Positions 52,760 to 64,000 are shown, counted from the first letter of the stretch. The stretch is 64,000 bases of DNA from an uncultured Planctomycetaceae bacterium (GCA_963813715.1 CAWFAK010000013.1:1-64000), one strand, 5' to 3'. Notes: generated from the sequence alone by a model not told the origin. Program-made: numbers and translations.

Positions 52760-53912
52760 GTGCGTGCGGTCGGCGTCGCCGTGCTGATGCTCACGTCGCT
52801 TGTGAGCGCGGCACGGGCTGACCGAGACGGCGTGCTCCGCGACGTCGCGCGGTTTGACGCAGAGCACCGCGACGCCGGCGCCTGGAACCGTCGGCGCGAG
52901 GAACTGCGGCGCGAGTTCGTCAAAGGGGCCGGGCTTTGGCCGCTGCCCAAGCAGGGACCGTACCGCGTCTTGCGTCACAGCTTGCGGACGCATGCCGGTT
53001 ACACGGTCGAGAACGTAGCCCTGGAAACGCTGCCCGGCTTCTACTGCACGGGCAACCTGTATCGACCACTGAGGACGTCGCCAAACGCGGTCCCGGCCGG
53101 CGCAGGCTCTGGGGGGCCTGCCGTGCTCTGCCCGCACGGCCACTTTCAGCCGCTGGGCCGCTTCCGCGCCGAGCAGCAGATCCGCTGCGCTCGACTTGGC
53201 GCGGTGTGGCGTGACCGTTTTTTCGTACGGCATGGTCGGCTGGCAGGATTCGACCCAGACCACGCACGACGACCCGCTTGTGCTGGCGCTCCAGACCTGG
53301 AACAGTCTCAAAGCGCTCGATTTTCTCAGCACGCTCGAGGGCGTCGATCCCGAGCGGATCGGCATGACGGGCGCGAGCGGCGGGGGCACGCAGACGCTCT
53401 ATCTTGCGCTGCTCGACGAGCGGATCAAGGCCTCCGCGCCGGTCGTGATCATCTATCCCTGGAGCGCGCCCGAAGGCTGCTGCCGCTGTGAGGGAGGCTT
53501 GCCCATAATGCAGGCCGCTCACACCAATTGCATCGAATTCGCCGCGGCGATCGCTCCGCGTCCCCAGCTCATTATTTCCGTCGGCCAGGACGCGACGCAC
53601 GATTTTCCCGAGGTGGGTCTCCCCTTCGTTCGCCGTGCGTACGCGGCGTACGGTGCGGTCGAACGTGCGGAAAGCGTCTTTCTGCCCAAGGAAGCGCACG
53701 ACTTCGGCCCGTCGAAGCGGGCGGCCGTTTATTCGTTCCTGGCGAGGCGGCTCGGCTTCGACGATCGTCCGGAAGATCTAAGCCGGATCACGATCGAATC
53801 GCCGGTGCAGCTCGAAGTCTTTAACGCCGCTCACCCGCTGCCGGCCGGCGCCGTGCACGGTTCAGCCGCCGTCAAGCGGGCCTTCGATCAATTGCCCCGC
53901 GCAAAGGATTGA
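52760..53912 (+). CDS. Exported alpha/beta hydrolase (acetylxylan esterase-like), one frameshift near 53195
   Basis: YTVENVALETLPG, VLCPHGH, nucleophile elbow GMTGASGGGTQT and HDFG. Confidence 0.85.
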
Positions 53913-53930
53913 ACGGCGCGCCCGCGTCGG

Positions 53931-56261
53931 TCAGGGGCAGTCGAACTTGCGGATTTCGCTCTGGCCGTTGCGTTCGTCGATCACGATCAGCTGGTTCATG
54001 CCGAATTCCGCGCAGCGGCGCTTGAGCTGCGGCAGATACTGGTCGAGCGGCGGCTGTTTTTGCTTTTCCAGCGGATAGGTGTAGTGCTGATAGCCGTAAC
54101 CCGACCAGAAGTCTCCTTCCGGCCGGTCGTAAAGACCGTCGATCATGGCGATGCCCGACAGGGCCGGCGCGACGAACGGTCCGTCCTTCGGCGAATAAGC
54201 GTCGTGCAGCAAGTCCCAGAACTGGCGGTTCGACTTGGGGATGTAGAGGAGCGAGCGCCGCTTCTCCGCCAGCGGTAAACGATCCAGGCTCTGCAAGAGG
54301 GGCACGATGTTCTTTTCGGTCCGCAGCCGTCCTTCGACGATGGCTGCCTGCTGGTCGATAATCTGTCGCGCCTGAGAAATGTTGCCGCTCCACGCGGCGT
54401 CGAGCGGAGAGGTAGCGGTGGGAGGCAGCCCGAGCGAACCGCGTACGGCCGCCGCTGCGTTACTCAGAAGTGCGTCGGTGTTGAGCAAAAACGTGCCGAC
54501 GGCGAACAGTCCCAACAGTCCGGCCAGTGCGCGTGGCATGGTGATGCGGTCGAGCCAGCTTGCCCTGACGCCCGTTTGCGGCCGAGCGTGGGCGGTCAGC
54601 GAATCCGCCGGAGCGGGTTGTCGCCTGGCGTCCGCCGCTCCGCACCGGCCGCAGCACAACGGCGAGCGTCAGCCCCAGCGCCAGCCACTGCTGATCGATG
54701 GCGAAATAATGCGTGCTCGAATAGTCGCTCAGGAGAATTTCCGGCACCGCGCCCAGCACGGCGATGATCAGCACCAGCTCCACGTCGAGCAACTGTCGGC
54801 GCGGAACGCGCTCACCACCTCGCGTAGTGTGCGGGCCCCTTCTTCGCGAAGTCGCAGGCCCACGAAAAGCAGCGTCCAGGCGTAGCAGAAGAGCCAGTAA
54901 TACGACCACCAGGTGAAGCCGACCAGCGTCTTCAGGGCATTGAAAGGGGAAATCCCCGCGACCTGGCCGTATTCCGGGTTGTAGGTGAAGAGAAAGCCGC
55001 AGTAGAGGATCACCAGGCCGATCACGGACGAGGGTGCGGTGATTTTGCAGCGGTAGAGTCTGAGACGGAAGAAGAACCAGGCAGCGGCCGCCGACAGGAG
55101 CATCATCACGGAAATTTTGAGCAGCCCGACGACGGCCGGCAGCGTGCAGATAAAAACGAAGCCGAGCAGCACGTCGAAACTCCGCATTTCGGGGGCCGTC
55201 TCGATATCGCGGGATAGGGCCGACACAGCGGCAATCCCCAAGAGCGCCACCGCAATCGCCAGACCGTACGATTCGCTGACAAAGAGAGGTGAAGCGCGGG
55301 CGACCGGGTCGATGCCGATCCCCAGCGGGAGCACGCCAATGATTCCCGCCGCCAGCACGAACCAGAACAATAGGGCGGCCGGATGGAATCCTTCGTCAAA
55401 CGGCGCGGCGCTCGTCTGGGCCGCGGCCGCCACGGGCGACTTGGCCGGTCGGCGGGCCTCGGTTTCCCAATCGACAACTGGTCGTCCCGGTCCGCGCCAG
55501 ATCTCGCTGATGGCGACGGCGAATGTCAGCAGACTGAAGGTGATGAACGGCGCGAATATCACCGGGTAGGCCAGGTTGTAAAAGTCGACCACCGAAATAT
55601 CGAGCAGGTTTGAAACACGGGCGAATGCCCAGTGGCTGCCGAAGTGATAGAGCACGTGCGGCAGGCCGTCCAAACCCGTACTGCACGCGCCGTACGTGCG
55701 GAGCATGTTGGCGAGCGTGATATGAAACAGCGTGTCGATGTGGGCGTAACCGTTGCAGAGGCTCTCGACGAACAGCGGATTCTCGAAGCCGCCTCCCCAG
55801 ATCGAGCCCGCCGCGTAAAAGCCGAACAGCAGGCCGAAAAGGCCCATCCAGACCGCTCGGGCCGGACGCACACGCCCAACATTCTCGACGATCCGCAGGG
55901 CCAGTGCCGCCACGCCCAGCCCGGCAAAGATGATCGCCGCCGGCCGCGTCACTGCAGTCAGCTCGACGCCGGCGACGACGACCAGGGCCAATCCGGCCAA
56001 CGTCAGCGGCGCGTGTCCGTGCCACCAAGGGGCCAAAAGCGGATCACTGGAGGTGCGAAGCGCTTTGCGCGCGGCGTACGAAAAGTTGACGAGAAACCAG
56101 CTCAATCCGACGAACTTCGCCCAGGTCCAGAGCGAGTCGTCCGGAAAGCCCAGGCGTGCGCCGAAGCCGATCGCCGCGATCACCGGCGCCATCAGCGACG
56201 CGAAGAATGCCGCCTGGGCGTAGGTGGTTTCAAGCGGGCGATAGTCGGGACGGTCGGCCAT
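53931..56261 (-). CDS. Large polytopic membrane protein (GT-C-like), frameshifted
   Basis: More than 10 TM helices; loop HIDTLFH..GLDG..YHFGSH; soluble C-terminal domain in ORF 53931..54659. Confidence 0.6.
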
Positions 56262-56273
56262 GATTGTTAAGGG

Positions 56274-57059
56274 CTAAAGAGGCAGATGCAGCTCGCGCGA
56301 GACCAATGTCGCGCTCAGCTCGCCGATGAAAGTGACAATCACGCCCACGAACAGCACGCCGGTCGCCGCCTGCGTGTTGCGGTAACGGAGAATCCGCCAG
56401 ACCATCAGCGCCAGCACGAGCGGCGCGACGATCCCCGCCAGCCACCGCAGCCAAAGCCACATCAAAGGAGTGCCGGTCAGTCCGTTCCAGAGACTTGCTC
56501 CGCCCATCGTCAGCACGACCGTGGAGATCACGAGCCGCAGCCCCGCGGCCGATGCGAAGCAGACGTTGGCCGTGCTCAGCGGCGCAATCGACATCGTGGG
56601 TGACGTGAGGTACCAGTGACCCAGCAGCATGCCCACGGTCGCGCCGCCGATTGTCAGCGACGTCGCCAGCTCAGAAAAAGCGGTCACGAGCGACAGGCTG
56701 GCGTCCAGCGTCTCGCGGGAGAGCGACCCGGCCAGCAGCGTCCCCGTGGAGAGGATCGCGACGGCGAACAGGCAGACTGTGCCCGCAGGACGGCGCCCGA
56801 GCGTCCACAGAATCGAACTGAGATAGGCGATTCCCGCGGCCGTGAACGCTCCAGCCCGCAAAGCGGCGAGCGGCAAGAGGGGCGTGCTCTCGGCCGTGCC
56901 GAAGATCGAAGTTCCCAGCGTAATCCCGGCGAGCGCCGCCAAGGCCAGCGCTAACAGCGATTCAATCCGGAAGAAGCCGGTGGTGATCTGCGACCGCGGC
57001 AAGAGCAGCCAGGTCAGGCTGATGCCGCAGAGTAGTCGCAGAGAAAACTGGGCGATCAT
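56274..57059 (-). CDS. Hypothetical multi-TM protein with an MLLGHWYL motif
   Basis: 261-aa hydrophobic ORF with GMLLGHWYL and NTQAATGVLF. Confidence 0.8.
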   Translation of the reverse strand: MIAQFSLRLLCGISLTWLLLPRSQITTGFFRIESLLALALAALAGITLGTSIFGTAESTPLLPLAALRAGAFTAAGIAYLSSILWTLGRRPAGTVCLFAVAILSTGTLLAGSLSRETLDASLSLVTAFSELATSLTIGGATVGMLLGHWYLTSPTMSIAPLSTANVCFASAAGLRLVISTVVLTMGGASLWNGLTGTPLMWLWLRWLAGIVAPLVLALMVWRILRYRNTQAATGVLFVGVIVTFIGELSATLVSRELHLPL

Positions 57060-57123
57060 GAAAAGGCGTTCAGTGAGAGTCGGCGGGCGGCGGCGCGGAG
57101 ATTGTTCTCAGTTTGGGCCGGGG

Positions 57124-57735
57124 CTACTTGGCGGCCCCGTTGATCAGGGCCATCGCCTCGGCGCGGCTGGCCGGGTTCGTTTTGAATAATCCACGCACGG
57201 CGCTCGTCACCGTCAGGCTGCCCGGCTTCTTGATGCCGCGGATCGTCATGCAGGTGTGCTCGGCTTCGAGAATGACGATCACTCCTTTGGGGTCGAGCTC
57301 CGCGTTGATCAGGTCGGCGATCTGGTGGGTCATCCGTTCCTGAATCTGGGGCCGCCGCGAAATCTCCTCGACGACCCGCGCCAACTTCGACAGGCCGGTT
57401 ACCTTCCCTCGCGGCAGGTAGCCGACGTGCGCCTTGCCCAGAAACGGCAGCAGATGGTGTTCGCACATGCTGTTGAATGAGATGTCCCGCACGAGCACCA
57501 TTTCGTCGTAGGTCTCGGTGAAGACCTTTTTGAGATGCCGGCCCGGATCGCTGTGCAGCCCGCAAAACAGCTCGGCGTACATCCGCGCCACACGGCCGGG
57601 AGTCTCGCAGAGGCTGTCGCGGTCCGGATTTTCGCCGATGGCCGCCAGGATCTCGCGGACGGCCCGTTCGATTCGCGGTAGGTCGACGCTCGCGTCGCGG
57701 TCGTTGTCACTGGTCGCGTGATTGGCAGCGGTCAT
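57124..57735 (-). CDS. folE: GTP cyclohydrolase I
   Basis: [34 protein letters not shown] and [11 protein letters not shown]. Confidence 0.97.
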   Translation of the reverse strand: MTAANHATSDNDRDASVDLPRIERAVREILAAIGENPDRDSLCETPGRVARMYAELFCGLHSDPGRHLKKVFTETYDEMVLVRDISFNSMCEHHLLPFLGKAHVGYLPRGKVTGLSKLARVVEEISRRPQIQERMTHQIADLINAELDPKGVIVILEAEHTCMTIRGIKKPGSLTVTSAVRGLFKTNPASRAEAMALINGAAK

Positions 57736-57880
57736 GGGATGGAGAGTCGCAAGGTGGATGATCAAAGGTGAATGGAAAGCACCGCCGGTTTCGCGCGAGC
57801 CGCCCGGGCCGGTCGCGTGCTCAGAATTGGCAGTTCAGGTTCCACTATTGTAGTGAAGCGCGCTGGAGGCGGGCCACGCT

Positions 57881-59155
57881 TCAGCGCAGGCGAACCACTT
57901 CCGCGCCCGGGTAATAGTGGTGCAGGATGGCCAGCGGCCCAGAACCGGCTTCGCCCATTCCCCGGGCCCCCCACTGACACAGGCCCACGCCGTGGCCGTG
58001 CCCTCGCCCTTCCAGCACCAGGACGCCGTCGGCGATCTTGGCCTCGAACTGGTAGCTGGGGACTTTGGACGGATTGAGCTGCCGGCGCAGGTCGAAGGCC
58101 GACAGCCGATAACGCCGATTGCCGTCGCTCACCTCGAAGGTGGGCTCGCGAATGGCGTCGGTACGGCTCGTGCGTCGAATCGACGCCAGCACGCCGAACG
58201 GCTTCCCTTGCCCCCCTAAGAATCGCTGAAGCCGGCTCACCACTTCGCTTAAGGCCAGCTCCTGGGTCCAGCGAAAGAGTTCGGCGTCCTGGCACCAGGG
58301 ACAATCGACGGGGGCCAGGGCCGCACTCTCGTCGCCGAAGACGGCTGCTCCGCCGACCGTCCGCCCACCGCAGACTGCCGTGTAATAGGTACAGAACGGC
58401 TGCCCGTCGCACAGGCAGATGATGCCCGCCGTTTGGTGGGCCGCATGCCGGCTCGACTCGGACTCAGCCGCAAAACGCCGGCCGTCGCGCCCCCGATACT
58501 GATAGCCGCCGTAGTTCTGGCTCCGCGTGGAAGCGAAGACGTCAAAGAGCGGACTGGGCTGCGAGCCGCGAAGCTGATAGAGAACGTACGACCGAGCGGC
58601 AATCGCCTGCGCCTGCCGGGCCGCGTCGGGAAAAGCGGCCGGCATTTCCCCGTCGACGACGCTGGCGACGTAATCCTCCAGCCCGACGACGTTGACGATC
58701 ACAATTTTTCCGCCTCGCTGCCGCACCAGCCGCACGCGCCCGCGATATTGCCGGTCTGCCACCCAAATGCCCGGCGAGTGCTCGGGCACAACTTCCAGGG
58801 TCGTGCCCCCGACTGACTGTCGGCCAACCCGGAAGCCATTCGTCAGCGCCGAGATCGTCGCCTTGAATCCGCTCCCTTTGAGCGTGGCTGCCTGAGCGCT
58901 GTCGGCGGTCACCGTGTAGGGCCCGTCGACCGTAATCTCGACCTGGGCGACCGGGTTGTTGGTGAGTGCAACCCGCACCGCGTCGGGCAGCGGGAGACCC
59001 CGGTGCTCGGGAACGTCGGCCAACTCGCGAAACGAGCGAAGGCTTGCCGGCAGCGAGGGCGATTCAAAGAGCGAAGAGTCGCCCGCAAACCGCCAGCCGA
59101 CCACCAGTCCGGCGACGGCCAGCAGCAGGACGAAGATGATCAGCTTGCCCCTCAT
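57881..59155 (-). CDS. SpoIID/LytB domain lytic transglycosylase-like protein
   Basis: YRGRV, VNVVGLEDYVASVVDGEM, AQAIAARSY, SQNYGG, CGGRT and GHGVGLCQWGA; N-terminal membrane anchor. Confidence 0.92.
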   Translation of the reverse strand: MRGKLIIFVLLLAVAGLVVGWRFAGDSSLFESPSLPASLRSFRELADVPEHRGLPLPDAVRVALTNNPVAQVEITVDGPYTVTADSAQAATLKGSGFKATISALTNGFRVGRQSVGGTTLEVVPEHSPGIWVADRQYRGRVRLVRQRGGKIVIVNVVGLEDYVASVVDGEMPAAFPDAARQAQAIAARSYVLYQLRGSQPSPLFDVFASTRSQNYGGYQYRGRDGRRFAAESESSRHAAHQTAGIICLCDGQPFCTYYTAVCGGRTVGGAAVFGDESAALAPVDCPWCQDAELFRWTQELALSEVVSRLQRFLGGQGKPFGVLASIRRTSRTDAIREPTFEVSDGNRRYRLSAFDLRRQLNPSKVPSYQFEAKIADGVLVLEGRGHGHGVGLCQWGARGMGEAGSGPLAILHHYYPGAEVVRLR

Positions 59156-59270
59156 GGGCGGGGAACCATCCTTGGATGATCAGGGGAGAGAGCGATCGGC
59201 GGACGGACGCGCGAGGATTCTCAGCTTCCTCATTCGAACTTCGTCCGTGTCTGTTCGATCGCTGTCCGGC

Positions 59271-60624
59271 TCACTCGTTCCGCAGCTTGAGGTTCATTTC
59301 AGCAAGCTTGGCGCAGGATTTCGTTGAGCGACGTGACGCCGAAGTTGCGGCTGCCCAACAGTTCGTCGGGCGTTTTTTGGATCAGGTCGCCGAGCGTCGT
59401 CAGCCCCAACCGCGACATGCACTTGCGGGCCCGCACCGACAGGTTGAGGTCCGACAGCGGCATCAGGTTCACGGCCTGTTCCTGCGGCGATAGGCTGGCC
59501 GGTGCGAAGAGCGGCTCGCGCATGCGGGGCATGCCGACGTTCTGGCCGACCCGCAACCCGTGCGCGCCCAACAATTCGCGGACTTCCCGCAGCGAAGTCT
59601 CGCCGAAGTTGCGGCCGTTGAGCAGCTCCTCCTCGGTCACCTGCGTCAGATCACCCAGCGTGAGGACGTTCATCGCTTCGAGGCAGTTGCGGCTGCGGAC
59701 CGACAGCTCGAAATCGCTGATCGGCCGGGAGAGGATCGCCTCCATCTTCGCGGCATCGCGGACGGCGTCCTCGTCGTAGTACATGTCGCTGGCCGCTTCG
59801 ATGTCTTTCAAATAGAGCCGAGCCCGTTCGTTCATCGGGTCGACTTCGAGCACGCGGCGGAAGCAGAAGGCGGCTGCCCGGTAGTTCTGTTCGTCCTCGT
59901 ACATGAGCCCGAGGTTGACCAGGGCGCCCAGGTGAATGGGCGGACGGGACAGCGCCTGCTCGTAGAGGCGGATCGCCTCGGCGTCGTTGCCGCGAGTCGC
60001 GTTCTCGAATGCCAGGCGGAACAAGGCCCGCGAGTGCCGCGGATCCATGTCGACGGCGCGCTCGAAATACTCGACGGCGCCGTAGGTATCGCCGCGATCG
60101 GCGCGGATACAGCCCATCTGGTACGAGTACTCGGCCCGGCGGGCCCCTTCATTGACCACGCTGCGGAGCATGGCTTCGGCTTCGTCCAGCTTGGCGTCGG
60201 CTCGCAGTTCGCCCGCCCGCCGCATGGTCGACTCGACCTTGTCGTAGCCGAGCTTGGCTGCCTCGGCAAAGCGAGACTCCGCTTCGGCATGGCGGTCGAG
60301 CGCCGACAGTGCGAGCCCGTGATAAAAGGCGGCGACCGCGTCACCGCTGACACCGGCGAGCGCTCGCTCAGCCTCGCGCGGATGCCCCAACAGGTAGAGC
60401 CCCACACCCAGACGGGCCAACAGGGGCTGCGGCGGCTTGCCGCCCGAGGTGGCCTCCCGCTGCAGCGCGAGAAATTCCTGGCGAACTTCGGGCAAGGTGG
60501 GCGTCGCCAGCAGACGCTCGAGCTGTCGCACGTCGTCCACGGAGTAGGGAGCGGTCTTGTGAATCAGTCCCTTGAAGTCGACCGCTTCGGCGATTTTTTC
60601 AGACGACGCGTGCAGCTGCGACAC
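59271..60624 (-). CDS. TPR-repeat protein with two RNA polymerase alpha C-terminal domains
   Basis: TPR-like helices followed by ISDFELSVRSRNCL..ELLNGRNFGETSLREV and LSDLNLSVRARKCM..ELLGSRNFGVTSLNEI. Removing a 1-bp insertion near 59316 restores the ending RAKLAEMNLKLRNE*. Confidence 0.9.
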
Positions 60625-60878
60625 GACGACTTCCCGCCGAGGATTCGAGAAATTTGCGACTTGGCGACCGGATTGCCGCCTCCCTGGAGACGCCCGCGGA
60701 GACCCGATTCAGGGTCTCCAAGGCACGAGTATAGCGACGGCGTTCCCAGTTGAAAACCGTGCGCCCCGATCCGGCGGCGCGGCCAAGTCGCGGGGTGTTA
60801 ACTCTTTTGCCTGCCGATTCAATCTCCCCGTCCCCCCGGATATACTCGGTTGCGTTGCTAATCGGTGAAGAGGCCGCG

Positions 60879-63224
60879 ATGTGCAGCGACGGCGTCCGCC
60901 CGCCCAATTCGATTTTCCTGCCAACCCTCTGCCTGCTGGTGCTTTGCTCCTCCCCGCTCGCAGTGCAGGGGGCCGAGCGGCGTGCCGCCGGGGAAGCGTT
61001 CTCGCCGGTTGATCGAGCGCATTGGTCGTTCCGGCCCATCGTGCGTCCGGCCGTCCCCCGGGTGGTAGCACCCGACACGACTTTGACGGGTGCGAAGAGC
61101 GCCGCGGCGAACGTCACCGAGACGACCCGCACGCCGCTCGATGCCTTCCTACTCGCCCGGCTTGCCGAACGCGGGCTCTCCTTTTCGCCCCCCGCTTCCC
61201 GCCGCGAGTTGATTCGCCGCGTCACGTTCGACTTGACCGGCCTGCCGCCGACTCCGGCGGAGGCGGAGGCCTTCGCCGCCGACCCGGCTCCCGATGCCTA
61301 CGCGCGACTCATCGAACGGTTCCTGGCGAGCCCGCACTACGGCGAAGCCTGGGGACGGACGTGGCTCGACCTCGTTCGCTTTGCGGAAACGGCCGGCTAC
61401 AAGGCCGATCCGTTGCGGCCCCTCGCCTGGAAATATCGCGACTTCGTCGTGCGGTCGTTCAATGCCAACGTTCGTTATGACCGATTCGTGCAAGAACAAC
61501 TGGCGGGAGACGAACTGTTTCCCGACGACGTCGACGCCCAGATCGCGACCGGCTATTTGCGGATGTGGCCTGACGAAAGCAACGCCTCGATCGTGGCCCT
61601 CGCGCGGCAGGACGCGCTCAACGACCTCACCGGCAACGTCGGCTCCGTCTTCCTCGGATTGTCGATCGGTTGTGCCCAGTGCCACGATCACAAGTTCGAT
61701 CCGATCAAGCAGCACGACTTTTACCGGCTCGAGGCGTTTTTTTCCGGCATCGTTCCGGTCGAAAAAGTGGCCGTTGGATCGCCGTCCGCGATTGTCGAGT
61801 ACCAGCGGAAGCTGGCCGCCTGGCAAGAGCGCACGCGAAGCGTTCGGGACGACCTGTTTCGCGTTGTCAGCACGGCCCGCGCGCGGGCGGCGGCCGAACG
61901 TCGCAAGCGATTTCCGCCGGAGGTGCTGGCCGCGATCGATAAACCGCTCGAAGAGCGGACGCCGCTGGAGCGGCAGCTCTTCTTTTGGTCCGACCGGCAG
62001 ATTGAGGTCAGCGAACCGCAGATCGTCGCCAAGATGAGCCCCGCCGACCGCGCGCGTCTTCCGCAGCTGCGACGGCAAGCGGCCGAACTCGAAGCCGCCC
62101 GACCCAAACCGCCACGGATGTCCGACGTGATGGCAACCGTGGAAATTCCCGGTCCGATCCCGGCGACCTTTCTCAACGCGGGTGGCAGCTACGAGAAACC
62201 GGTTCGCGAAGTGCAGCCCGGCTTCCTTTCCGTGCTCGACCGCGACCGCGAACCGGCGGCAAAGATTATTCCCCCGCGGGCCGGTGTGGACGGTCGACGG
62301 ACGGCGCTGGCCCGCTGGCTCACCGATCCGCACAATCCGCTCGTCGCGCGGGTCATCGTCAATCGAATTTGGCAGGGACATTTCGGCCGGGGCCTGGTCG
62401 ACAACGCGAACGACCTCGGCACGCAAACTCCGCCCCCCAGCCACCCGCAGCTGCTCGACTGGCTTGCGAGCGAGTTCGTCGCCCGCGGCTGGGACGTGAA
62501 GGCCATGCATCGCTTGATGCTGACGTCTGCCGCCTATTGTCAGACCAGCAATCCGCCGCAGGCCGGAAACCAGTCGTCGCTGGCAGCTCGGCTGGATCCC
62601 GATAACCGGCTGTACTGGCACGCCAACCGCCGTCGCCTGAAAGCGGAGGAAATTCGCGACTCGCTCCTGGCGACCTCCGGTCGACTCAATGAAAAGATGT
62701 GCGGGCCTGGTATTCGCCCGCCGCTGCCGGCCGCCTTGCGTCAGGAATCTTGGAAAGTGACGGCCAAGCCCGTGGAACGGGACCGGCGTTCGGTCTATCT
62801 CTTCGCCAAGCGCAACCTGCCCTTTCCGCTGCTGAAAGACTTCGACCTCCCCGACATGCACGAAAGCTGTGCGCGACGCACGGCGACGATCATCGCGCCG
62901 CAGGCGCTCGCGCTGTTTAACGGCGACTTCGCCGTTGCGTGCGCGAACGCGATGGCGGAGCGCCTCATTGCCGATCCGCGACTGACCGACTGGAGCGCGC
63001 GGGCCGACGCCGCGTATCGCATTGCATTCGGTCGTCCGGCCGCGGCCGACGAGCGAGCGGAGGCGATGGAATTCTTGCGCACGCAGGCCAGCCACCTGGT
63101 TTCCGCGCACGGCCTGCATGCCGATGCGGCTGCCCACCAAGAAAGTGAAACGGCCCTGCGAACCGCCTTTGCCGACTTGTGCCACACCCTCCTGAACGCG
63201 AACGAGTTTTTGTTCCTCGACTGA
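60879..63224 (+). CDS. DUF1549/DUF1553 (PSD1) protein
   Basis: HWSFRP, LIRRVTFDLTGLPPT, SPHYGEAW..WLDLVRFAET, CAQCHDHKFDP, NPLVARVIVNRIWQ and PPSHPQLLDWLA. Confidence 0.95.
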   Translation: MCSDGVRPPNSIFLPTLCLLVLCSSPLAVQGAERRAAGEAFSPVDRAHWSFRPIVRPAVPRVVAPDTTLTGAKSAAANVTETTRTPLDAFLLARLAERGLSFSPPASRRELIRRVTFDLTGLPPTPAEAEAFAADPAPDAYARLIERFLASPHYGEAWGRTWLDLVRFAETAGYKADPLRPLAWKYRDFVVRSFNANVRYDRFVQEQLAGDELFPDDVDAQIATGYLRMWPDESNASIVALARQDALNDLTGNVGSVFLGLSIGCAQCHDHKFDPIKQHDFYRLEAFFSGIVPVEKVAVGSPSAIVEYQRKLAAWQERTRSVRDDLFRVVSTARARAAAERRKRFPPEVLAAIDKPLEERTPLERQLFFWSDRQIEVSEPQIVAKMSPADRARLPQLRRQAAELEAARPKPPRMSDVMATVEIPGPIPATFLNAGGSYEKPVREVQPGFLSVLDRDREPAAKIIPPRAGVDGRRTALARWLTDPHNPLVARVIVNRIWQGHFGRGLVDNANDLGTQTPPPSHPQLLDWLASEFVARGWDVKAMHRLMLTSAAYCQTSNPPQAGNQSSLAARLDPDNRLYWHANRRRLKAEEIRDSLLATSGRLNEKMCGPGIRPPLPAALRQESWKVTAKPVERDRRSVYLFAKRNLPFPLLKDFDLPDMHESCARRTATIIAPQALALFNGDFAVACANAMAERLIADPRLTDWSARADAAYRIAFGRPAAADERAEAMEFLRTQASHLVSAHGLHADAAAHQESETALRTAFADLCHTLLNANEFLFLD

Positions 63225-63259
63225 AATCCCGCCGTTCCCTCCGCCTGCGGACACTCGCC

Positions 63260-64000
63260 ATGCAACATTTCGAGCAAGCCGGCAGCCGCCGCGATTTTCT
63301 CTGCCGCGCCGGCGGTGGCTTCGGCGCCATCGCCTTGCAGGGCCTTCTGGCGCAGGAGGGCTTGCTGCCGTCTCAACAGGCGGCGGCCGCACCGGGTGCG
63401 AACTCGAGCGCCAAAGGAGGCACCTATCCCGTCCGTGCCAAGAACGTGATCTTTCTGTTCATGGACGGCGGGCCGAGTCATATCGACACGTTCGATCATA
63501 AGCCGCTGGTCAACACGTACGCGGGCCACCCACTACCCAAGAGCGTCAAACGGGTCTTTACGCCGATGGCCGTAACGGAGAATCCGCTCTTGGCGTGTCG
63601 CCGTCAGTGGCGGCGGTACGGCCAGAGCGGTCGCTACGTGTCGGACTGGTATCCGCGCGTCGGCGAGCACATCGACGACATCTGCCAGATCCACTCCTGC
63701 ACCAGCGACGGCATCAATCACGTCGGCAGCGTCTGCATGATGAATACGGGCAGCGTGCTCGCCGGTCGCCCGAGTCTGGGCACTGGGTGAATTACGGCTT
63801 GGGGACGCAGAATCAAAACCTGCCCGGTTTCGTGGTCCTGTTGGATAACGACCACGAGCCGCCGGGGGGCAGCCGGGTTTGGGGCACGGGCTTCATGCCG
63901 GCGACGTTCCAGGGAACGCAATTCCTCAATGGCCGCGAGCCCATCCTAAACCTGCACTCGGCCGCCCGCATCGGTGACGAGCGGCAGCGCGGCAAGCTCG
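63260..64000 (+). CDS. DUF1501 domain protein with Tat signal; partial, frameshift near 63782
   Basis: SRRDFL..GGGFG, AKNVIFLFMDGGPSHIDTFD, GRPSLG / YGLGTQNQNLPGFVVL and FMPATFQG. Confidence 0.93.

Noticed and set aside
60879..64000. PSD1 plus DUF1501 pair as a novel system
   Set aside because: It is a very common paralogous pair in planctomycetes, and nothing here is distinctive apart from the absence of an N-terminal cytochrome domain.

Overview
A 64 kb, GC-rich, gene-dense chromosomal segment. It is almost certainly from a Planctomycetota bacterium, judged from the DUF1549/DUF1553 and DUF1501 genes, DUF1571, a BatA/vWA cluster, a TPR-RNA polymerase alpha-CTD protein and planctomycete-style REP palindromes. 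Many genes are broken by 1-bp indels, most densely in the first ~10 kb, which looks like long-read consensus error rather than true pseudogenisation. Recognisable genes are a partial LptF/G permease, a UPF0104 flippase-like protein, glgC, two Ntn (penicillin-acylase family) hydrolases, an orphan AAA_25 ATPase with a winged helix, a CN-hydrolase, a three-gene BatA/vWA/DUF4175-like cluster, a RibD_C/DHFR-like protein, an APC permease, an NYN RNase, a probable pseudokinase, CBS-korA-korB-CBS, type II NADH dehydrogenase, an amidohydrolase, a hexaheme cytochrome c, an SDR, nadB, fadD-DUF1571-thiolase-fadJ-acylase-esterase, folE, SpoIID/LytB, TPR-alphaCTD, PSD1 and DUF1501. I saw no rRNA, tRNA, CRISPR array, transposase or integrase. 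No single unmistakable new system stands out. The best leads are the orphan helicase-like ATPase followed by iteron-like TCCCGTCCC repeats, the acyl-scavenging cluster containing DUF1571, the TPR/double-alphaCTD protein, the CBS-flanked korAB, and the pseudokinase-NYN operon. All family assignments come from motif recognition by eye; no database search was run.
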